Positions 1-7,741 of a stretch of DNA of 32,000 bases are shown piece by piece. The first letter of the stretch is position 1. Each line of letters begins with the position of its first letter. This DNA comes from Vibrio vulnificus CMCP6 (lineage in GTDB: Bacteria > Pseudomonadota > Gammaproteobacteria > Enterobacterales > Vibrionaceae), in contig NC_004459.3 in NCBI RefSeq assembly GCF_000039765.1, forward strand, positions 390,001-422,000, given 5' to 3'. Under the pieces are notes generated by a model. It saw only the letters and a program-made list of their open reading frames with translations. It was not told where the DNA came from and made no database searches. Both the position numbers and the translations under genes were made by a program.

Positions 1-137
1 ACTTTACCCTCTCAGCATAAGTGAATTATTTTCACTTTACAAGTTACAATCTTATAAATTAACTATTTTTATTAATATAGAAATTAAAGGTTAGTTGATT
101 ATTATTTTATTATACATGAGTAGCTGGTTTTTATTTT

Positions 138-296
138 ATGCAAAATGCTTCGCATGTTTGCTTGCTCTATCGGTTGTTTACTTGTTACTTGTTTTTTTAT
201 TCACACTAACCTATGGACTATGTAGTGTTGATTTATATATAAAATAAGTAAAACATAGTCCACACCTCAAACCTTATCTAGCAAGGCTTTAAGGCA
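138..296. repeat. Imperfect direct repeat copy 1 (~160 bp, non-coding) with internal inverted repeat TGGACTATGT/ACATAGTCCA
   Basis: Near-identical to the copy at about 644-802 (offset 506). The 49-bp core TGGACTATGTAGTGTTGATTTATATATAAAATAAGTAAAACATAGTCCA at 214-262 differs from copy 2 by one base. Arms are 214-223 and 253-262. Confidence 0.85.
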
Positions 297-643
297 GATT
301 CACTTTCAAAATCACCAAAGGGAAATTTTTTTTAAAAACAAGGAGCATAACCACTCTTTAAAGTCGATTGAAAATTCAAAGGTTATATCAGGGGGAGCTA
401 ATGAGGATGCGAGTTTGGAGTGTGGTTATAAAAACCCTCATAACTATCACCCCCAGAAATATTTTTCTTCATTATATTTCCTAGCAACGCTATGAATGAC
501 GGTGGTTCAATTTTCGGTTAACTATAATCATAAGGAGCTAGATTATAAATATTAGCGTCATAAATAAGTTCACCAAAAGGATCGGGTATAATAAAACCAT
601 TTTTAAATATTATATTTATCTTTAGCGGTTTTGATTATATTTA

Positions 644-802
644 AATGCAAAATTCTTCGCATGTTTGCTTATTCTATCTGTTCTTACCTTCTGGATGCTT
701 TTTTATTCACACTAAACTATGGACTATGTAATGTTGATTTATATATAAAATAAGTAAAACATAGTCCATGCCTAAGCCCTTATCTAGCAAGGCTTCAAAG
801 CG
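644..802. repeat. Imperfect direct repeat copy 2 (~160 bp, non-coding) with the same internal inverted repeat
   Basis: Core TGGACTATGTAATGTTGATTTATATATAAAATAAGTAAAACATAGTCCA at 720-768. Also shares TTTTTTATTCACACTAA upstream and CTTATCTAGCAAGGCTT downstream with copy 1. Confidence 0.85.
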
Positions 803-903
803 AGTTAGAACTTAAAAATGGATAAAAGCTAGCCTCTAAACTTATGGCAATTAAATATTCAAAAATGATGCATAAAAAACAAAGAGGCAGACAAGCTAGG
901 AAA

Positions 904-924
904 GTTAACTGCAAAGCAGTTAAC
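904..924. repeat. Perfect short inverted repeat GTTAACTGC-AAA-GCAGTTAAC
   Basis: 9-bp perfect arms with a 3-nt loop. No strong T-tract follows. Confidence 0.6.
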
Positions 925-1065
925 ACTTCTGTTCCTTAACTCTCTCCACCTAATCGAACTAGGAAGAACTACTTCCTGGTTGAAAGAGCGCACAAAATCA
1001 CAGGCAGGGGTATGCGCAAGTAGAATGGGTATAATACTAACCCCTCTTAATCACACCGATGGTTC

Positions 1066-1341
1066 ATGATGAGACAAGTCAAGAAGCAGAGCGAGAAGCT
1101 CGGTCGCACAAGTCGAGCAAAAATGCTTCGTCTTGCTGATGTAGTTAGAACGGTAAGAATTCGACTTGAAGAAGTTAAAGACAAGCAATTAGACAAGTTA
1201 GATCGTTTATCAGATCATTTGCTAGATCGTGTTAAAATCACAAGCCCTAGCAATCTTGAGATTCAGATCTCGGTTCAGTTCCCCATTACACAGTTGAATC
1301 GGAAAAAAACAATGTGGGGAACATCAAAAAAATGCAATTAA
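1066..1341 (+). CDS. Hypothetical protein, charged/coiled, 91 aa
   Basis: Open reading frame only. Lys/Arg/Glu-rich, no recognised family. Confidence 0.35.
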   Translation: MMRQVKKQSEKLGRTSRAKMLRLADVVRTVRIRLEEVKDKQLDKLDRLSDHLLDRVKITSPSNLEIQISVQFPITQLNRKKTMWGTSKKCN

Positions 1342-1440
1342 ATCATCTCTTTTGACTACTGTTCCCCAATTTGTTCCCCAGCTCACTCACTTGCAAATAA
1401 ATACAAATAAAAACAACAACTTAAACACCTCATTCAGAGT

Positions 1441-1550
1441 ACGCCAGCTCCACCAAACGTTTGGAAAGGGCGATAACTCTTTGAGTTATCGCCCTTTTTG
1501 TATTCTGTCTCTCAATAACTGGCTATGAGTACTAAAACAAGGTACTAAAC
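1441..1550 (+). repeat. att-like repeat copy 1: ssrA (tmRNA) 3'-terminal fragment (ACGCCAGCTCCACCA) plus downstream terminator
   Basis: CGCCAGCTCCACCA matches the 3' end of enterobacterial/Vibrio tmRNA genes as I recall them. Sequence from CCACCAAACGTTTGG to GTACTAAAC is repeated at 3937-4038 with few differences. There is no tmRNA body upstream. Confidence 0.7.
1468..1499 (+). terminator. Rho-independent terminator, repeat copy 1
   Basis: GGGCGATAACTC-TTT-GAGTTATCGCCC followed by TTTTT. Confidence 0.9.
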
Positions 1551-1785
1551 GATGCACTACCTGAGCCTTTCAACATCTGGTAACTGGTACTTTCACGACC
1601 AAAATATCGTCACCTCTTTGTTCACCATACTGAAGTCAAACAGTCGCTACGTACCTAATCAAACATACCCTACGTAAGAGAAAGGAGACCGGCCTTGGAA
1701 TCATTGGCGATTTCAAGACCTACGTCAAAAATTAATAAATAGTTCCATCCATTCTGTTCATCAACAATTTGGGCTTACAGATTAC

Positions 1786-1883
1786 GAGTAATTATTTACT
1801 CACAAAGAGTCTCGCCACATACTTATGAGTAAATAGTTACTCATAAGTTGAAAGATAGGAACTTTAAGAGTAAAGTTTTACTC
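1786..1883. promoter_or_regulatory. Three phased palindromic operator candidates GAGTAA-N4-TTACTC upstream of the HipA-like gene
   Basis: Palindromes at 1786-1801, 1827-1842 and 1868-1883, centre-to-centre spacing 41 bp twice. The middle one extends to the perfect CTTATGAGTAA-ATAG-TTACTCATAAG (1822-1847). Confidence 0.75.
1848..1876 (+). promoter_or_regulatory. Putative sigma70 promoter for the hip module
   Basis: TTGAAA (1848-1853), 17-bp spacer, TAAAGT (1871-1876). It abuts operator 2 and is overlapped by operator 3. Confidence 0.5.
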
Positions 1884-1906
1884 ATTGATAAGTAGAGGTG
1901 TTGTTG

Positions 1907-3268
1907 ATGGAAGAACTAACCGTACAAGCTTTTATCAGAAGTGAATGGATAGACATTGGTATCATCTCATTCCCAAAAAGTAGCCAACATAATTTCCGAG
2001 TGACTGAACTCAACTACCTCAGCGACTATGCGCTAGAACATCACGATAAAGATGACTTTCACGCTGTTTCACTAAACCACCCTGTCTCATTCTTTTTTAA
2101 TGACATGGGTAAACCTGGATGGTTAAAGTTTCTAGACGATATTATGCCTAGCGGCGCTAGTAGACGGTACTGGGTCAGATATCTAGATATTGAAGACCTT
2201 AGTTCTGATGAACAAGACTATGTTTTGCTCAAGTTTGGCACAATGTCGCCTGTTGGTAACTTAAGAATAAAAGACTCTCTTCCTGAGCGCTACGAAGTAG
2301 CAGACAACCTCTACTTCTCTGTTGATGATGTTAAAAATCGAGCAGGTGATTTCCTCGACTATGCACTGCAAAGGGGCGCAGCCGCGGGTGGTGCAACAGG
2401 GGCTGGAGGTGAAGCGCCAAAACTGATCCTCCGATGTGGTCTCGATCATGGATCTGGCAGCGAAAAAATATGGATTGATCCATACCAAGATGACAATAGC
2501 AACCACGACTTACATTACTTAGTAAAGTACCCTAGAGGCTCAAGAAGCACCATCGACTGTAATATTCTAAGAGCAGAGTTCTACTTCTACCACGAGCTAA
2601 CTGAAATGGGAGTTGAAACGATCTCCACCGACGGTATGCGCTTGGAGGAAGGATTAAACTACCCTTCCTTATGGCTTCCTCGATTTGATGTTCAAATTAA
2701 TGAGCAGCAAATCGAGAGATTTGGCATGGAATCTGTGTATTCCATTTTGAACAAAGGCGCTGGGGTCACTCTTGATCACGAAACAACAATCCGAACTCTC
2801 ATAGAAAAAATTACTGAAAGCAATATGGTTAAACACCAAGGGTATAGGTTTGATACCCAAGCTTTCGTCATTGAATGGGTGAAGAGAGATCTACTCAACA
2901 TCTTGTTTGGTAATAGTGATAACCATGGCAGAAACACTTCATTCTTAAAAGGTGATGGAGTCATAAAGCTTGCTCCCGTTTACGACTTCGCACCAATGAA
3001 AGCTGATCCTGAAGGCATTCCAAGAACAACAAAATGGAAAGCCCCATTAGAGGTTGGCGGAACTTACGACTTCATCGGAATAGCGGACACCTTATCTGAT
3101 CTCGTGCCAAAAGAGGTGTTATTACAAGAGCTAGAGATTACTGCAAGTAAATGCATTGACTTAAAGCAGAGACTAGCATTACGAGGAGTACCAGAACAAA
3201 TCTTAGAGATGCCAGCCGTTGGACTTAATCATATATCAGAAAAGCTCACTAAATGGGGGCTACTATGA
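1907..3268 (+). CDS. HipA-family serine/threonine kinase (type II toxin-like)
   Basis: The track ORF starts at GTG 1898. ATG 1907 has a better-spaced AGAGG. Motifs: FGNSDNHGRNTSFL followed by LAPVYDFAPM (HipA catalytic Asn/Asp and metal motifs), FFND...LDDIMPSG, and glycine-rich GGATGAGGEAPKLIL. Confidence 0.85.
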   Translation: MEELTVQAFIRSEWIDIGIISFPKSSQHNFRVTELNYLSDYALEHHDKDDFHAVSLNHPVSFFFNDMGKPGWLKFLDDIMPSGASRRYWVRYLDIEDLSSDEQDYVLLKFGTMSPVGNLRIKDSLPERYEVADNLYFSVDDVKNRAGDFLDYALQRGAAAGGATGAGGEAPKLILRCGLDHGSGSEKIWIDPYQDDNSNHDLHYLVKYPRGSRSTIDCNILRAEFYFYHELTEMGVETISTDGMRLEEGLNYPSLWLPRFDVQINEQQIERFGMESVYSILNKGAGVTLDHETTIRTLIEKITESNMVKHQGYRFDTQAFVIEWVKRDLLNILFGNSDNHGRNTSFLKGDGVIKLAPVYDFAPMKADPEGIPRTTKWKAPLEVGGTYDFIGIADTLSDLVPKEVLLQELEITASKCIDLKQRLALRGVPEQILEMPAVGLNHISEKLTKWGLL

Positions 3269-3735
3269 ATAAGCCAAGCAATAAAGAGTCCGTACAAGAT
3301 ACCGTTGCTCGTCTAAGAGCAAACCGAAATCAACATCAGCCCAAGACTGGGACGGATGCAACTCATTCGACCAAAGAACGATCGCAACTTAATACTCCGA
3401 CTAGATCGAAAACCTCAAAAAACGCCAAAGCAGTAAGTGCAGCAGAACGCAAAACAGAGGCAAACAAAATCATCAAACACTTATTGCTTGGAGAGCTAAC
3501 ACAAGGCCAAGCGTTAAAAAGTTTACGCATTAATATACTGGGACTCAAACAGGATGTGTTCGCAAGACTTGTAGATGTCTCAAGAAAAACACTCTCAGAT
3601 ATAGAGAATGATCGGGGCAGCTACAATACAGAGATTCTCAACAAGGTATTCAAGCCATTTGGCTTAAAAGTCGGAATGCTACCGTCTTCTCCCGATGTGT
3701 TAAAATCGCTACTAATAGATGGTGAGGCTGGGTAA
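3265..3735 (+). CDS. HipB-like XRE/HTH transcriptional regulator (antitoxin-like)
   Basis: HTH-type segment LGLKQDVFARLVDVSRKTLSDIENDRGSYNTEILNKVFKPFGLKVG. ATG at 3265 overlaps the hipA stop (ATGA). The track ORF begins at 3253. Confidence 0.8.
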   Translation: MNKPSNKESVQDTVARLRANRNQHQPKTGTDATHSTKERSQLNTPTRSKTSKNAKAVSAAERKTEANKIIKHLLLGELTQGQALKSLRINILGLKQDVFARLVDVSRKTLSDIENDRGSYNTEILNKVFKPFGLKVGMLPSSPDVLKSLLIDGEAG

Positions 3736-3812
3736 ATGTCCTGTATCAGCTTTCTTGTTTTAGATTGAATTGTCATAAGAACTCAATCTTTTTAAATGAA
3801 TTAGAAATATGT

Positions 3813-3830
3813 GGACGCGGGTTCAATTCC
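3813..3830 (+). other. ssrA T-arm-like remnant GGACGCGGGTTCAATTCC
   Basis: Resembles the tmRNA segment GGACGCGGGTTCAACTCC immediately preceding CGCCAGCTCCACCA, with one mismatch. Confidence 0.6.
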
Positions 3831-3922
3831 TTTTGAAGCAGGAAATTGATGTAACATTTGATGCAGCACCAAATTGGCAACATCGATATAAGTTACTGAA
3901 TTTATGAAAAGTGAGAAACCAT

Positions 3923-4038
3923 TTCAACTCCCCAGCCCACCAAACGTTTGGAAAGGGCGATAACTCTTTGAGTTATCGCCCTTTTTGTATTTTATTTCTC
4001 AGTAACTTGGCTGTGAGTACTAAAACAAGGTACTAAAC
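3923..4038 (+). repeat. att-like repeat copy 2: degenerate ssrA 3' end (TTCAACTCCCCAGCCCACCA) plus terminator
   Basis: Aligns to TTCAACTCCCGCCAGCTCCACCA with small deletions. 3937-4038 repeats 1450-1550. Confidence 0.7.
3955..3986 (+). terminator. Rho-independent terminator, repeat copy 2
   Basis: GGGCGATAACTC-TTT-GAGTTATCGCCC followed by TTTTT, identical to copy 1. Confidence 0.9.
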
Positions 4039-4115
4039 TAAATCAGGTTACTCGCCTTTCCGATATCGACGTCCTTGCGAACAACGCTATTTATTTGAGA
4101 GTAGTTCAGCAATAT

Positions 4116-4142
4116 AAAGGCTAACTCAAAGAGTTAGCCTTT
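4116..4142. terminator. Hairpin between the island end and the OlsF-like gene
   Basis: AAAGGCTAACTC-AAA-GAGTTAGCCTTT perfect 12-bp arms. Lies just after the stop of the minus-strand gene. Confidence 0.7.
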
Positions 4143-4169
4143 ATTAAGTCTCTTCTATTTTTGTAAACC

Positions 4170-5912
4170 TTATTGCTCAAGGTAGCGCTGGGCGGCTTCC
4201 TTGCCCATATATTTGGCTAACGTTTTCAGCGGGACTTGTTTCAAGTTCACCACGATCAAACCATCCAGCGCGTGGTTAAAGGCAGGGTCCACGTTAAAAC
4301 ACACCAGTTTCCCCTTCATGCCTAAATATTGGCGTAGCAATACTGGTAGGCCAGGGCCTTTTTCCAAACGCGAAATCACTTTAGATAACGCTGAAACACT
4401 GGCCAATGCCGAGAGCAGATTCTTGTGCCAAAAAGGTGATGTGCTTGTTTTTAATGGTGTGGTGGGAGTCACTAATCGCGCTTTTTCTTGATCGTAATGA
4501 TGAATCGAAAGCGTGGCCGCCATCAGTTGTCTAGCCACTGAACTGTAGTCATTACTGATGCTAACAGGGCCAAACAAATGAGTGTATTGAGGATGTTGCG
4601 ACACAAACGCAGCGATGCCTTTCCACAAAAGCAGCAAAGCATTCAAACTGCGCTGGTATTTGATGGCAACCACTGAGCGCCCCAATTCAATACTTTTATC
4701 CAGCGTATTGAGAAAGGCTTCGTCGTATTGAAACAAGCTTCGCGAATAGAGCCCATCAAGGCCTTTCTCTACGGTAAGTTCATCCACCAGCCCTAATCGA
4801 TAAGCCCCTACCAACTCGCCTTCACTGTGATTCCAAACAAACAATTGTCGATAACTGGCATCAAAGGGATCCAAATCGCACGCCAAGCCACTGCCCTCTC
4901 CCACTTCACGAAAACTTTCTTCTCGAACTCGGCCAATTTCCCTGAGCATATTAGGGATCGCTGTCGATTCCACACAGTAGACGGCGTAATCACCTTGCTC
5001 TAGCAGTAACGCGTTTGAAGGCAGAGCCGCCAGATCGCGTTCCAACAAAGCTTTCTCAACCGGTTGGATGAGCGGTTGCGTGTACACTGGTGAGCAAAAG
5101 GCAAACGGTGGTTCTCGCTCTGCGCCCATGAGATACGTATTGAGCCGTAAGTAATGGACAATATCTCGCTCATGTTCAAACTCTTTCACCTCGGAATAAG
5201 GAATGGGATTTCCGATCGAAATGGCAATCGTAGAAGTACTCTTGTTCAGCAACTCTCGACCAAGCAAAGCGGTGCGCAGCAGAGGGTGTACTTTTCCGGC
5301 TTTGTAAAAAAGCGCACTATTTTGGCCATTAATATAAATGGGGATTGTCGTGGCTTTGGCACGAGTGACAAACTTCGCCACCGATTGGCTCCATTCAATA
5401 TCGGATAGGGTTTCACTCTCCTCTCGATAGGTGGAAACTTCTCCGGCAGGAAAGACTATCAACACGCCTCCTTGCGCCAAATGACGATGAGCTTCTCGCA
5501 CTGCGTTGGCATTCGTACGCATTGCACTGCGCCCTGCAAAAACATCGATACCAATAAACAACTCATCAATTTCAGGCAAGCGCTTGAGCAGTTGATTGGC
5601 CAGCACCTTCACATCTGAACGTACTGCGCCGACCAAGTCAGCTAAGATCACACCTTCAATTGCCCCAAGCGGATGATTGGCCACGATCACAACCGGCCCT
5701 TGCTCAGGAATGTGCGTGACTAAGCCCTGTTCGACACGATAATCAATGTTCAACGCAGAGAGGGTATAGCGCATAAATTCAAAACTGCTTTGAGTGTTCG
5801 GACGAGCTTGATAAAAGCCATCAAGTTTTGCTAAACCCGTCATCCACTCAACCAGTGATTCTCCCAAGCCAAAAGGCGTATGTCTGGGTAAACGAAATGG
5901 ACTGGTTAACAT
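4170..5912 (-). CDS. olsF: Bifunctional acyltransferase: N-terminal PlsC-type domain plus C-terminal GNAT/OlsB-like domain (OlsF-like ornithine lipid synthase)
   Basis: N-terminal VIVANHPLGAIEGVI and VLIVFPAGEVS (PlsC-like). C-terminal LREIGRVREESFREVGEGSG...DPFDASYRQLFVWN...GAYRLG...ELGRSVV (OlsB-like). The architecture matches OlsF. Confidence 0.75.
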   Translation of the reverse strand: MLTSPFRLPRHTPFGLGESLVEWMTGLAKLDGFYQARPNTQSSFEFMRYTLSALNIDYRVEQGLVTHIPEQGPVVIVANHPLGAIEGVILADLVGAVRSDVKVLANQLLKRLPEIDELFIGIDVFAGRSAMRTNANAVREAHRHLAQGGVLIVFPAGEVSTYREESETLSDIEWSQSVAKFVTRAKATTIPIYINGQNSALFYKAGKVHPLLRTALLGRELLNKSTSTIAISIGNPIPYSEVKEFEHERDIVHYLRLNTYLMGAEREPPFAFCSPVYTQPLIQPVEKALLERDLAALPSNALLLEQGDYAVYCVESTAIPNMLREIGRVREESFREVGEGSGLACDLDPFDASYRQLFVWNHSEGELVGAYRLGLVDELTVEKGLDGLYSRSLFQYDEAFLNTLDKSIELGRSVVAIKYQRSLNALLLLWKGIAAFVSQHPQYTHLFGPVSISNDYSSVARQLMAATLSIHHYDQEKARLVTPTTPLKTSTSPFWHKNLLSALASVSALSKVISRLEKGPGLPVLLRQYLGMKGKLVCFNVDPAFNHALDGLIVVNLKQVPLKTLAKYMGKEAAQRYLEQ

Positions 5913-5954
5913 ACTTCTCTCTCCACGCGAGTTAAAACCAACATCAAACAGCTA

Positions 5955-6392
5955 TCACTTCAGCATCGCTGGCCAATTCGCATCGGCTTGTGTGATGTGT
6001 CGCTGCGGCGCTTCGTCCCACCATTGTTTAATTTTTTGGTCGTAATTGAGGTAAAGCTTGCCATCAACAATCGCCCAGTATTGTGGATCTCCCGGAGCAA
6101 AATCGCTCTTTTCGGAAACCGCCCAAGCGCAATAACCACCGTATTGAGGGGCGTATTTCTCTGGATTAGCGAGAAACAAATCAAGATGCGCTTGCGATGC
6201 AAACAGCCAATCTGCACCTTTGTATTGCGTTTTGAATTTGGCCTCTCCTTTCACTGGCTTGTTTTGTGTGAAGTAAGCAACGGTGTCATACCCATCTAAA
6301 GCCTTGTTGCTAAAAAAGCCCGTGTAGATTTCATCAGCGGCATAGCTCGTCGCGCTCACCAGCATCAATAAAACAGCAAACCATTTTTTCAT
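5955..6392 (-). CDS. YHS domain-containing secreted protein
   Basis: Signal peptide MKKWFAVLLMLVSATSYA, YHS-like GYDTVAYFTQNKPVKGEAKF...YGGYCAWAVS. The track ORF start at 6410 is probably upstream of the true start. Confidence 0.8.
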   Translation of the reverse strand: MKKWFAVLLMLVSATSYAADEIYTGFFSNKALDGYDTVAYFTQNKPVKGEAKFKTQYKGADWLFASQAHLDLFLANPEKYAPQYGGYCAWAVSEKSDFAPGDPQYWAIVDGKLYLNYDQKIKQWWDEAPQRHITQADANWPAMLK

Positions 6393-6406
6393 TGTGAGCT
6401 CCTTAC

Positions 6407-7162
6407 TCAATGATCATTTGCCGCAGCTGCGGCAGGATTAATGTGATAACCGTGTTCCTCAAGTGCGCTTTCTGAGAGCTGTAAAACAGGCAACCCAGGG
6501 AGATAACTCATGCGCTTGTGCTGACGATTGACGCTTATGGAGGTAAAGCTCACGGTATGTGCGTCTTCTCGTACCATGCACGGAGAGAGATGCGGCTCTT
6601 TTGCCTCAAAGGCACGATGAAAAGCCAACAGAGATTCGCGCGTTTTCTCTTTCGCTGTGCATTCCCGGTAAAGTTGCTGGCGATAATTCTGCACAGCATC
6701 GAAATGCACAGCGGAAGAAAACAGCGGACTATCTACAGGAAAGATCCCTAGTGTTTCACCATTCCATTCAAATGCCATGACATCACCAAAACGCGCCGTC
6801 AACGACGGATCAAACGCCAGCAAAGTAAAGGGTGCTAAGCGTTTCAACTGAATGGTTCGAAACACTTTCACAATGTCCTCAACTCGCTGATGCGGCGAAA
6901 GATGACGCAATAATAAACCGCGACTGACCAACTCCCCGGCAGGCACTTTTCCTTGATAGTAATTCAGCAGACACAAGGAAAGCCCATGCTCATTGAGCGA
7001 GATCCAACTGCCTCGCCCTTTGGGATCAATCGGCATGAGAACCGATGTTTGTTGAATGCAAATTTGCTGAGGGGGCAACGCCAATGGCCTTGCCTTTTGC
7101 TCATCACGATTAAAAAACAGTTGATAGCCATCAGGCTCTATAAGCCAAGTCACCGAACACAT
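6407..7162 (-). CDS. NRDE (TANGO2-like) family protein
   Basis: N-terminus MCSVTWLIEPDGYQLFFNRDEQKARP with the NRDE motif. The track ORF start 7207 is probably too long. Confidence 0.8.
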   Translation of the reverse strand: MCSVTWLIEPDGYQLFFNRDEQKARPLALPPQQICIQQTSVLMPIDPKGRGSWISLNEHGLSLCLLNYYQGKVPAGELVSRGLLLRHLSPHQRVEDIVKVFRTIQLKRLAPFTLLAFDPSLTARFGDVMAFEWNGETLGIFPVDSPLFSSAVHFDAVQNYRQQLYRECTAKEKTRESLLAFHRAFEAKEPHLSPCMVREDAHTVSFTSISVNRQHKRMSYLPGLPVLQLSESALEEHGYHINPAAAAANDH

Positions 7163-7163
7163 G

Positions 7164-7718
7164 CTATTCGCCTCGGATGTAAGTCGCGGTGGCTGGGGCA
7201 ATGCCAAACGCGCTATTGGTTTCCACTTGCATCACCTGCGCCGCCACTTTGGCCATAGCGAAATGATGGTTGGCGTGCAGCGCCGCGAAAGCCAACTCTC
7301 GCTCAAGGGTTGATTGCATCTCAGCAATCCGTGTTTGATAGAGCGTCACTTCACTGGTCACGGAGACTTTCATCACTGCCGCTTCGGCGCTCAAATTCCC
7401 TAGCCACGTCGTGAGCTGTGCGATTTCTGCTTGCGCCTGTTCGATAGAGTGCTCAACAGCGTGACCACGGCGACGTTGGTTGTAGTCAATCTCTTCACTG
7501 GCTAAGCGAATCGCATGAAAAATATCTAACCAATGACGAAAATGTTCTCCAATACTGCTGCTTACGTACGGGGCTGCGGGTGTCACATAGTGACGATCTT
7601 CAATATCAAGTAAAAACTGCTGTGCTTGTTCAAGGGTTTCTAAACACCCCTGCACAACCGCGGGATAACTCATCACCATTCTGGCTTGTTGGTTGTCTGA
7701 TTTGGCAATCATTAACAT
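7164..7718 (-). CDS. DinB-like family protein
   Basis: SSSIGEHFRHWLDIF...IDYNQRRRG...HANHHFAMAKV pattern of spaced His residues typical of DinB-type proteins. Confidence 0.6.
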   Translation of the reverse strand: MLMIAKSDNQQARMVMSYPAVVQGCLETLEQAQQFLLDIEDRHYVTPAAPYVSSSIGEHFRHWLDIFHAIRLASEEIDYNQRRRGHAVEHSIEQAQAEIAQLTTWLGNLSAEAAVMKVSVTSEVTLYQTRIAEMQSTLERELAFAALHANHHFAMAKVAAQVMQVETNSAFGIAPATATYIRGE

Positions 7719-7741
7719 AAGGAAATTCCTAACAATGGGGG

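Noticed and set aside
214-262. Superintegron attC (VCR-type) site interpretation of the duplicated hairpin
   Set aside because: It lacks the recognisable VCR consensus and the adjacent cassette ORF organisation. The hairpin is simple and perfect.
1066-1341. Calling the 91-aa ORF an excisionase or other defined island gene
   Set aside because: No recognisable HTH or family motif. Left as hypothetical.
3813-3830. Calling an intact tRNA or tmRNA gene in the window
   Set aside because: Only short 3' fragments are present. No acceptor-pairing 5' half, tag-peptide ORF or full tRNA fold was seen.
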